NCBI RefSeq assembly: GCF_000284115.1
Contig: NC_017080.1
Span: forward strand, 1,920,001 to 1,952,000
Direction: 5' to 3'
Length of the DNA: 32,000 bases
From: Phycisphaera mikurensis NBRC 102666
GTDB lineage: Bacteria; Planctomycetota; Phycisphaerae; Phycisphaerales; Phycisphaeraceae
Below, in pieces: positions 24,534 through 31,666 of this stretch. A program made the position numbers and the translations under genes. The notes beneath the pieces were generated by a model. It saw nothing but the letters and a program-made list of their open reading frames with translations, was not told the DNA's origin and searched no databases. Each line of letters begins with the position of its first letter. The stretch's first letter is position 1.

Positions 24534-26429
24534 TTGACCCAAGCCGCGATCCAGGCCGACCTCCCGGGTGCCCTGCCCGCCCGCGGCTTCGATGAGGCCG
24601 AGCGGCTCGTGCGCTTCGGCGGCCCGCCGGACGCGTTCCTCGCCGAGCTCCTGCTGGCGCAGTGCCGCTTCGCCGGCGCGGCGGGCGGGGCGGTGCTGCG
24701 CCGAGCCGAGGGCGGCCCGGGCGTGGAGTGTCTGCAGAGCGTGCCGCCGGGTGCGGCGGGTCGGGATCCGGAGGAGGAGGCGGCGCCGCCTTGGCTGCGG
24801 GAGGTGGCGGGGGTGGTCGGTGGCGCCGGCGGCTGGCCGCGGGAGGCGGCGAGCTTCCCGCTGGAGTCCGGCGACGGGCTCTACGGCGAGGATGGGCAAC
24901 GCCACGCGGTGGTGCTGCCCCTGGGCGCCTTCGCCAGCCTCGACGCCGTGGCGGCCTTCGTGCTGGAGGGCTGCGACGCCGACGAGGCGCACCACGCCTG
25001 CCGCCGGCTGGCCTTCACGCTCTCGATGCTCACGCTCTACGAGGCGCGGCAGGCGCTGGGGGCGCGCGAGGCGGACCTCCGCGGCCTGGCGCTCGCGACG
25101 GGCACGCTGGCGGCGCTGAACCGGCAGGGCCGCTTCGGCAGCGCGGGCCTGGCCTTCTGCAACGAGGTCGCGAGCCGCTTCGAAGCCGAGCGCGTCAGCT
25201 TCGGCGTGGTTCGCGGCCGGTACGTGAAGCTGCGTGCGATGAGCCAGACCGAGCACGTGCACCGCAAGATGGCGGCGGTGCAGGCGATCGAGGCGGCGAT
25301 GGAGGAGTGCCTCGACCAGGACACGGAGGTGCAGCACCCCGCGGCGCCCGAGGAGCCGGTGGTGGCGCGGGCCGCGGCGGAGCTGGCGCGGCGCGAGAGC
25401 TGCGACGCCGTGATCTCGCTGCCGCTGCGGCGAGCCGGAGAGGCGGAGGCGGTGGTGACGCTGGAGCGGGCCAGCCGCGGGCTCGACGCGGCCGAGGCGT
25501 CCTTCCTTCGGCTCGCTTGCGAGCTGTGCGGCCCACGCTTGCTGGAGATGGAGGCCGCGGACCGCTGGGTGGGGGCGCGGGCCGCGGCCTCGGTCCGCCG
25601 CGGCCTCGCCCTGTTCGTGGGCCCAACGCACACCTGGGCGAAGGCGGCGGCCATCGGGCTGCTGGCGGCCCTTGCCGTGGTGACGCTGGTGGACGTGCCC
25701 TTCCGGGTGGATGCGCCCTTCGAGCTGCAGGCGGTGACGCGGCGGCAGGTGCCCGCGCCCTTCGAGGGCTACCTCGCCACGGTCGCGGTCCGCGCCGGCG
25801 ACGTGGTGCAGGCCGGCGACGTGCTCGGCGAGCTGGACACCTCGGAGCTTCAGCTGGAGCGTGCCCGGCAGCAGGCCGAGCGGCTCACGCACCAGAAGGA
25901 GGCCGACGAGGCGCGGCGGGAGGGCAAGACCGTGGACGTGCAGATCGCCGAGGCCCGCGCGGCCGAGGCGCAGGTTCAGGTGGAGCTGAACGACCACCAG
26001 ATCGCTCAGGCGACGCTGCGGGCTCCGGTGGCGGGGAGCGTCATCTCCGATGACCTCCAGCAGAAGCTCTTCAGCCCGGTGAAGCGCGGCGAGCTGCTGT
26101 TCGAGGTCGCCCGGCTGGGGCAGCAGCGGGCGGAGATGCGGGTGAGCGACGAGGACATCCCCTGGGTCCGCGAGGGCCAGACCGGCAGCCTCGCCCCGGC
26201 ATCGACGCCGGGCGATCCGGTCGGCTTCCGGGTGGGCCGCATCGAGCCCATCGCCGAGGTCGTTGACGGCGAGAACGTCTTCCGCGTGCGGCTGGAGCTG
26301 CTGGAGAGCCGCCCGTGGTTCCGCCCCGGTGTCGCCGGCGTCGCCAAGATCGACGTCGGCAAAGGCAGCATCCTCTGGGTCTACACGCGCGAGGCGGTCA
26401 ACTTCGTGAGGTTGAAGCTGTGGCTGTGA
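24534..26429 (+). CDS. HlyD-family periplasmic adaptor with an N-terminal cytoplasmic region of about 330 aa (tandem GAF-like domains)
   Basis: The C-terminal 300 aa have an adaptor layout. It runs TM (AAAIGLLAALAVVTLV), lipoyl-like hairpin (GYLATVAVRAGDVVQAGDVLGELD), coiled coil, LRAPVAGSVI, then a beta-barrel. The N-terminal GAF assignment is pattern-based. TTG 24534 is proposed as the start: third-position GC is high after it and poor before it (gta, cga, gga, aga, gtt). The ATG at 24207 would overlap the divergent gene. Confidence 0.7.
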   Translation: MTQAAIQADLPGALPARGFDEAERLVRFGGPPDAFLAELLLAQCRFAGAAGGAVLRRAEGGPGVECLQSVPPGAAGRDPEEEAAPPWLREVAGVVGGAGGWPREAASFPLESGDGLYGEDGQRHAVVLPLGAFASLDAVAAFVLEGCDADEAHHACRRLAFTLSMLTLYEARQALGAREADLRGLALATGTLAALNRQGRFGSAGLAFCNEVASRFEAERVSFGVVRGRYVKLRAMSQTEHVHRKMAAVQAIEAAMEECLDQDTEVQHPAAPEEPVVARAAAELARRESCDAVISLPLRRAGEAEAVVTLERASRGLDAAEASFLRLACELCGPRLLEMEAADRWVGARAAASVRRGLALFVGPTHTWAKAAAIGLLAALAVVTLVDVPFRVDAPFELQAVTRRQVPAPFEGYLATVAVRAGDVVQAGDVLGELDTSELQLERARQQAERLTHQKEADEARREGKTVDVQIAEARAAEAQVQVELNDHQIAQATLRAPVAGSVISDDLQQKLFSPVKRGELLFEVARLGQQRAEMRVSDEDIPWVREGQTGSLAPASTPGDPVGFRVGRIEPIAEVVDGENVFRVRLELLESRPWFRPGVAGVAKIDVGKGSILWVYTREAVNFVRLKLWL

Positions 26430-26430
26430 G

Positions 26431-26562
26431 AGCGGAGATGAAGCGGGTGAAGAAGTGAAGAAGTGAGGAAGCGAAGAAGTGAGCAGCAGCAGTGGATCCA
26501 GGAACCGGCCGGCGGAGCCGCCGCGTCGTGCCTGACTTCTTCTCTTCTTCGCTTCTCCGCTT
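26431..26562 (+). repeat. Intergenic inverted array of octamer repeats
   Basis: Tandem octamers GTGAAGAA, GTGAAGAA, GTGAGGAA, GCGAAGAA, GTGAGCAG occupy 26447-26486. Complementary units TTCTTCTC, TTCTTCGC, TTCTCCGC occupy 26537-26560. The segment 26449-26468 is complementary at 18 of 20 positions to 26531-50, and AGCGGAGA (26431-38) pairs with TCTCCGCT (26554-61). A 12-nt direct repeat CCGGCGGAGCCG occurs at 26509-20 and again at 26565-76, abutting the ATG at 26577. Confidence 0.85.
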
Positions 26563-26576
26563 GACCGGCGGAGCCG

Positions 26577-28766
26577 ATGCAAAGACCCACCTTCCACGAG
26601 TCCTGGTACCGGATCTCCGCCCTCCGGCCGCGGCTGCGCGCGGTGGTCCAGGTGTTCCGGCAGCGCTTCCGCGGCAAGACCTGGCACGTGCTGCGGGACC
26701 CCGCGAACAACCAGTTCTTCCGGCTCGACGACGCGGGCTTCCGCTTCGTCGGGCTCCTCGACGGGAAGCGAACCGTGGGCGAGGCGTGGGAGGCCACCGC
26801 GGCGCAGCTGGGCGACCGGGCCCCGACGCAGGGGGAAGCGGTGCAGGTGCTCGGCCAGCTGTACCAGAGCAACCTGATCGCGGCGGAGCTGCCGGCCGAC
26901 GCCGAGGGCATGTTCGACCGCTTCAAGCGGCGCCGGCACAAGCAGGTGGGCGGCTACCTGATGAACATCATGTTCGCGAAGATTCCGCTCTTCGACCCCG
27001 AGCACCTGCTCGAGCGGTGGAAGCCGGCCTTCATGTGGATCTTCGGCCCCGTGGGCGTCGCGCTCTGGCTCGCGCTGATCGCCGCCGGGTTGCTCTCGCT
27101 GGGAGGCCGCGCCGAGGAGCTGCTCGGGCAAGCCGGCAACATCCTGGATCCCTCCAACTGGATCTTGCTCTACGCCGCATTCGGCCTGGCGAAGGTGCTC
27201 CACGAGTTCGGCCACGCCTTCGCGGTCAAAGCCTTCGGCCGCTCGGAGCAGGTCGAGGCCGAGGTGCACGTGCTCGGGGTGATGCTGCTGGTGCTCGTGC
27301 CGGTGCCGTACGTGGACGCGACGGGTTCCTGGGCGTTCCGCTCGAAGTGGCGGCGGGCGTTCGTGGGCGCGGCCGGCATGTACGTCGAGCTGGCGCTCGC
27401 CGCGGTGGCGGCGATCGTCTGGTCGCAGACGTCGCCCGGCGTGGTGCACGCGCTGGCGTACAACGTGATCTTCATCGCCGGCGTCTCGACGATCCTCTTC
27501 AACGCGAACCCGCTGATCCGCTTCGACGGGTACTACATCCTCTCGGACCTCACCGAGACGCCCAACCTCTACCAGCGCAGCAACGACTACCTCAAGTACC
27601 TCGTGCGCCGCTTCGCCTACCGCGTGCGGGAGCCGCACAACCCGGCCCAGAGCCCGGCCGAGCGGCCGTGGCTCGCGGCCTACGGCGTGTGCTCGCTGGT
27701 CTACCGGGTGCTGCTCTTCGGCGGGATCCTGCTGTTCGTGATCGGCAAGATGTTCTTCGTGGGGGCGTTGATGGCGGCGGTCTCCATCGTCGCCTGGCTG
27801 TTCGTGCCGCTGGGCAAGTGGGTGCGTTACCTGCTGACCTCGCCGGAGCTGGCGCGGACGCGTGGGCTGGCGCAGGGGGTCTCGCTGGCGGCGGTGGCGC
27901 TCGTGGCCCTGGGGGTGGGCGTGGTGCCGGCCCCCGACCGGCAGCGGGCGGCAGGCCTGGTGGAGCCGGACCGCTTCGAGGCGGTTTTCTCCCGCAGCGA
28001 CGGCTTCATCGACGCGGTGCTGCCGACGCTGTCGCCCGCGGACCAGGGCGTGCTGGTGGCGGCGGGCAACCGCGAGCTGCTCGCCCGGCGCGACCGGCTG
28101 GAGGCGCGGCTGGGCCTGCTCGCGGCGCAGCAACGCAAGGCCGAGCGGGAGGACGTCGCGTCGGCGCAGGTGGTGCGGCGGCAGCACGAGGCGACGGCGG
28201 GGCAGCTCGCCCGCGTGCGGTCGGAGATCCAGATGCTCTCGCTGTCTGCCCGCGTAGGCGAGGCCGGGCAGCCGGCGTGGTGGGTGGGTCCGGACGTCGA
28301 CCGCTTCAAGGGGGCGTTCGTCCCCCGGGGGGAGGCGCTGGGGGTGGTCGCTTCTCTGGAGGACCTGGTGATCCGCGTGGCCGCCGACCAGCACCTCGGC
28401 CCGCGGCTGCGGGGCGAGGAGTGGATCGGCCGGGCGGTGGAGGTGAAGACCGCCGGCCGGCCGGACCTCACCTACGCGGGCCGGGTGGAGCGCGTGGGGC
28501 CGGCCGGCACCGAGCAGCTTCCCTCGGCGGCGCTGGGCTTCGCCGCCGGCGGACCCATCGCCACCGACGCCCGCCGCACCGACGGGACCACGGCGGCGGA
28601 GGCCGTCTTCGAGGTGCGGGTGCGGGTGCTGCCGACGGCGTCCGACCAGCCGCCGCTGCGGGCGGGCCAGCGGGTGATGGTGCGCTTCCGCTTTGCCGAC
28701 CGCCCGCTGATGACCCAGGCGGTGCTGGCGCTGCAGCAGCTGTTCCAGGGCCGGGTGGGCGCGTGA
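26577..28766 (+). CDS. Polytopic site-2-protease (peptidase M50)-like zinc metalloprotease fused to a C-terminal HlyD-like adaptor region, with an N-terminal PqqD/RRE-like domain
   Basis: The 729 aa ORF has HEFGH at 27201-27215 and NANPLIRFDG (NxxPxxxxDG) at 27501-27530, the two S2P zinc-site motifs, both inside hydrophobic segments. The N-terminus (FFRLDDAGFRFVGLLDGKRTVGEAWEATAAQLG...AVQVLGQLYQSNLI) resembles PqqD-like peptide-binding winged helices. The C-terminal 290 aa have a coiled coil plus beta-rich HlyD-like layout. Confidence 0.8.
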   Translation: MQRPTFHESWYRISALRPRLRAVVQVFRQRFRGKTWHVLRDPANNQFFRLDDAGFRFVGLLDGKRTVGEAWEATAAQLGDRAPTQGEAVQVLGQLYQSNLIAAELPADAEGMFDRFKRRRHKQVGGYLMNIMFAKIPLFDPEHLLERWKPAFMWIFGPVGVALWLALIAAGLLSLGGRAEELLGQAGNILDPSNWILLYAAFGLAKVLHEFGHAFAVKAFGRSEQVEAEVHVLGVMLLVLVPVPYVDATGSWAFRSKWRRAFVGAAGMYVELALAAVAAIVWSQTSPGVVHALAYNVIFIAGVSTILFNANPLIRFDGYYILSDLTETPNLYQRSNDYLKYLVRRFAYRVREPHNPAQSPAERPWLAAYGVCSLVYRVLLFGGILLFVIGKMFFVGALMAAVSIVAWLFVPLGKWVRYLLTSPELARTRGLAQGVSLAAVALVALGVGVVPAPDRQRAAGLVEPDRFEAVFSRSDGFIDAVLPTLSPADQGVLVAAGNRELLARRDRLEARLGLLAAQQRKAEREDVASAQVVRRQHEATAGQLARVRSEIQMLSLSARVGEAGQPAWWVGPDVDRFKGAFVPRGEALGVVASLEDLVIRVAADQHLGPRLRGEEWIGRAVEVKTAGRPDLTYAGRVERVGPAGTEQLPSAALGFAAGGPIATDARRTDGTTAAEAVFEVRVRVLPTASDQPPLRAGQRVMVRFRFADRPLMTQAVLALQQLFQGRVGA

Positions 28767-30820
28767 GCAGCGGTGTGGTCGCCCCGACGCCGCGGACCGT
28801 GGCCGCCGGAGAGCTCCTCGGCTCGCGGTCCGCGGGATCCGGCGCGGCCGACGCGGCCACCCGCCTGCCCAGCGGGCGGTGGCGGCGGCTGGCGGCGCCG
28901 TCGGGGCCTCCCACGCCGCTGCGCGGCCTCGACGCGGCTTGGGACGCCGTCGTCGCCTGCGCGGTGCCCTGGGTGCCGCGGCGTCGCCGCTGCCTGCGCC
29001 GCGCGGAGCGGGTGCTGGCTTTGGCGGCGGGGCTGGAGGCCCTGCCCACCGCGGAACTCGCCGAGCAGACCCGGGCGGTCGCCGAGCGCTTCCGCCTCGG
29101 CCGCGACACCGCGGCCGACCTCGACCTCGCGTTCGCGGTCGTCCGCGAGCAAGCCACCCGCGTGCTCGGCTTGCGGGCCTACCCGGTGCAGGTCGCCGCG
29201 GCGATCGCGATGGAGCGCGGCGCCATCGCCGAGGTGGCGACCGGCGAGGGCAAGACGCTGATCGCCACGATGCCCGCGGTGCTCGCGGGCTGGCGTGGCC
29301 GCGGCTGCCACGTGCTCACCGCCAACGACTACCTGGCGGCGCGGGACGCCGAGAAGATGCGGCCGGTGTACGAGGCGTGCGGTCTCACGGTCGCCTCCGT
29401 CGTCGACGCCACGCCGCAGGAGGCCCGGACCGCCGCGTACGCCGCCGGCGTCACCTACACGACCAACAAGGAGGCGGCCGCGGACTTCCTCCGCGACCGG
29501 ATCGTCGCCGGCCGCGACGCCTGCCTCGCGGACGGATTGTTGCGCGAGCTGGTGCGGGGCGCGGGGCTGGGCTCGGGCCGCGGCGTCGCGGGCGTGCAGC
29601 GTGGGCTCGAGCACGCGATCGTCGACGAGGCGGACGCGGTCCTGATCGACGAGGGCACCACCCCACTGATCATCTCCGGAGAAGCCCCCAGCCCCGGACG
29701 GGAGCAGGCCCACCGCGAGGCGGTCGGCCACGCCGACGCCTTCTCCCGCGGCAGGGACTACCGCGTCGACGAACGCTTCCGCGAGGTGGTGATGACGCCC
29801 GCGGGCCGGGCCCGCGTCGCCCGCCTCGCGGGCACCTCGTCGGGCATCTGGAGCGGGCGTCGCCGCGCCGAGGAGCTCCTGAACCAGGCCATCACCGCCC
29901 GCGAGCTCTACCTCGCCGGCCGCGACTACGTGGTGCAGGACGGCAGAGTCGTCATCGTCGACGCCTTCAACGGCCGGTTGATGCCCGATCGCAGCTGGTC
30001 CGACGGGCTGCACCAGGCGGTGGAGGCCAAGGAGCGGCTGGCGCTCTCACCCCCGCGGGAGACGCTCGCGCGCATCTCCTTCCAGCGCTTCTTCCGCCAC
30101 TACCGCCACCTCTCGGGCATGACCGGGACCGCCCGCGAGGAGCGACGCGAGCTTTGGAAAACCTACCGGTGCCCGGTGGTCGCGCTGCCGACGCACCGGC
30201 GGCCGCAGCGGCGCGATCAGGGCATCCGCATCACCCGCAGCCGCGACTCGCGGATCGCCGAGGTCGTGCGCGACACGCAGGAGAAGCGGTCGGTCGGCCG
30301 GCCCGTGCTCATCGGCACGCGGTCGGTGGCCGAGAGCGAGCGGCTCAGCGAAGGCCTCGAAGCGGCCGGCATCCCGCACCGCGTGCTCAACGCCGTACGC
30401 CACGGCGAGGAGGCCGCGGTGGTCGCGGGGGCCGGCGAGGTCGGGCGCGTCACGCTGGCGACCAACATGGCCGGCCGCGGCACCGACATCGCCCTCGGCG
30501 AGGGCGTCGCGGAGCTCGGCGGCCTGCACGTGATCGTCTGCGGGATGAATGACGCCCGCCGCGTCGACCGCCAGCTCTTCGGGCGGGCGGCCCGCCAGGG
30601 CGAGCCGGGCTCGGCCGTGATGGTCTGCTCGCTGCAGGACGGTCTGCCGGTGCAGCACGCCCCGCGCGTGGTGCGGGCCACGCTGGGGCGGCTCTTCCCC
30701 CGGGGGGTCTTGCGGCTGGCGCAGCGGCGGGCGCAGAACCGGGCCCGTTCGCAGCGTGCCGGCGTGCTGAAGCGCGACCGCTGGCTCGCGGAGAGCCTCG
30801 GCTTCGCCGGCATCGAGTGA
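28763..30820 (+). CDS. SecA-like DEAD-motor ATPase, truncated after NBD2 (no helical wing or C-terminal linker, and little or no helical scaffold)
   Basis: GTG 28763 overlaps the stop of the M50/HlyD gene (GTGA), and third-position GC is high from that codon. SecA motifs are present: FAVVREQATRVLGLRAYPVQV, ATGEGKTL (Walker A, 29240-), LTANDYLAARDAE, IVDEADAVLIDEGTTPLIISG (DEAD at 29624-29635), a PPXD-like segment (DYVVQDGRVVIVDAFNGRLMPDRSWSDGLHQAVEAKE), TNMAGRGTDI and RVDRQLFGRAARQGEPGS. Only about 68 residues follow the last motif. The start is uncertain by tens of codons. Confidence 0.8.
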   Translation: MSSGVVAPTPRTVAAGELLGSRSAGSGAADAATRLPSGRWRRLAAPSGPPTPLRGLDAAWDAVVACAVPWVPRRRRCLRRAERVLALAAGLEALPTAELAEQTRAVAERFRLGRDTAADLDLAFAVVREQATRVLGLRAYPVQVAAAIAMERGAIAEVATGEGKTLIATMPAVLAGWRGRGCHVLTANDYLAARDAEKMRPVYEACGLTVASVVDATPQEARTAAYAAGVTYTTNKEAAADFLRDRIVAGRDACLADGLLRELVRGAGLGSGRGVAGVQRGLEHAIVDEADAVLIDEGTTPLIISGEAPSPGREQAHREAVGHADAFSRGRDYRVDERFREVVMTPAGRARVARLAGTSSGIWSGRRRAEELLNQAITARELYLAGRDYVVQDGRVVIVDAFNGRLMPDRSWSDGLHQAVEAKERLALSPPRETLARISFQRFFRHYRHLSGMTGTAREERRELWKTYRCPVVALPTHRRPQRRDQGIRITRSRDSRIAEVVRDTQEKRSVGRPVLIGTRSVAESERLSEGLEAAGIPHRVLNAVRHGEEAAVVAGAGEVGRVTLATNMAGRGTDIALGEGVAELGGLHVIVCGMNDARRVDRQLFGRAARQGEPGSAVMVCSLQDGLPVQHAPRVVRATLGRLFPRGVLRLAQRRAQNRARSQRAGVLKRDRWLAESLGFAGIE

Positions 30821-30851
30821 AGCGGGAGGTGCTGAGGTCGCCGGGTCGCGT

Positions 30852-30902
30852 TATCGGCCCGCCGCCGCCGTCTGGCCCGGCGGAGGCACCCGCTGGCCGA
30901 TA
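30852..30902 (+). promoter_or_regulatory. Stem-loop between the SecA-like gene and fliS (possible terminator or 5'-UTR structure)
   Basis: TATCGGCC (30852-30859) is perfectly complementary to GGCCGATA (30895-30902). A nested CCGCCG/CGGCGG pairing lies inside. The structure ends 10 nt before the fliS ATG. Confidence 0.35.
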
Positions 30903-30911
30903 GATCCCGGC

Positions 30912-31382
30912 ATGACGCCCGCACGACCCGCCCAGGCTCCGAACCCTTACCTCCGCACGAAGGTGATGACCGCGAGCCCCGAGGAGCTGCGTCTCATGCT
31001 GCTCCAGGGCGCCGAACGCTTCGCCAAGGCGGGGCGGAAGGAGCTCGCCGCCGAGACGCCGGACCTCGAGAAGAGCCACGAGTCCCTGATGAAGGCTCAG
31101 CGGATCGTCGTCGAGCTCTCCACGAGCATGAATCCGCGCCTCGCGCCGGAGGTGGTGGAGCGGCTGACCGCGCTGTACACCTACATCTACAAGCTGCTCG
31201 TCGACGCCAACCTCACCCGCGAGCTCGGCCCGCTGGACGAGGCGATCCACCGCATCGCCTACGAGCGGGAGACCTGGGTGCTGCTGATGGAGCAGAACCG
31301 AGCGGAGGCCGGCGGCGACGCAAGCGGCGGCGCGGCGACCACCCGGCAGGCCGCGCTGACGGCGTATCCGCCGGCCGCGTGA
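30912..31382 (+). CDS. fliS: FliS-family flagellar export chaperone-like protein
   Basis: The 156 aa ORF follows the FliS four-helix pattern. Matching segments are NPYLRTKVMTASPEELRLMLLQGAERFAKAG (Y..xxVxTASPxxLxxMLxxGA), RIVVEL, LTALYTYIYKLLVDANL and DEAIHRIAYERETW. No flagellin, fliD or other flagellar genes are in the window. Confidence 0.7.
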   Translation: MTPARPAQAPNPYLRTKVMTASPEELRLMLLQGAERFAKAGRKELAAETPDLEKSHESLMKAQRIVVELSTSMNPRLAPEVVERLTALYTYIYKLLVDANLTRELGPLDEAIHRIAYERETWVLLMEQNRAEAGGDASGGAATTRQAALTAYPPAA

Positions 31383-31666
31383 GCGAGCCCTCGCGGGGGT
31401 TGCGGGGGCGTCGCCGTGCACCGGTCGAGGTTCGGGTGTGCGGCGCCCGGGTGCCACGCCGCTTGCGGGGCGGGGTGCCCGCAGGACACGCGGCAGACCC
31501 GTGCCTCCGCCGGCGTCGCCTCCGGCGACCGCCACCCCGGCAGCGGCGTGCCGCCGACGGTGCCGAGCGTCCGGGTTCTCGCAAGAGAGGGGCGAGGAGA
31601 GGGGCAGGGCCCCCACTTGCTTGCAGCGGGCTCGCTTCGCCGATGCCCAAGCCGCACGCGGATCCG

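Noticed and set aside
26438-26458. Mini-ORF ATG AAG CGG GTG AAG AAG TGA (MKRVKK) inside the octamer repeat spacer
   Set aside because: It is too short to support as a precursor peptide or leader. It is a by-product of the GTGAAGAA repeat. I noted it only in case a leader-peptide attenuation mechanism is tested.
26447-26486. Possible CRISPR-like array
   Set aside because: The repeat unit is only 8 nt with no spacers, and no cas genes are nearby. It is a microsatellite-like octamer array, not CRISPR.
23886-28394. 1502 aa minus-strand ORF antisense to the HlyD and M50 genes
   Set aside because: It is the longest ORF in the window, but its composition is purely low-complexity with no motifs. 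It is antisense to two genes with strong family features.
26492-28762. Upstream 757 codons of the 1442 aa ORF that ends as the SecA-like protein
   Set aside because: This is the out-of-frame shadow of the M50/HlyD gene. SecA similarity and good codon usage begin near GTG 28763.
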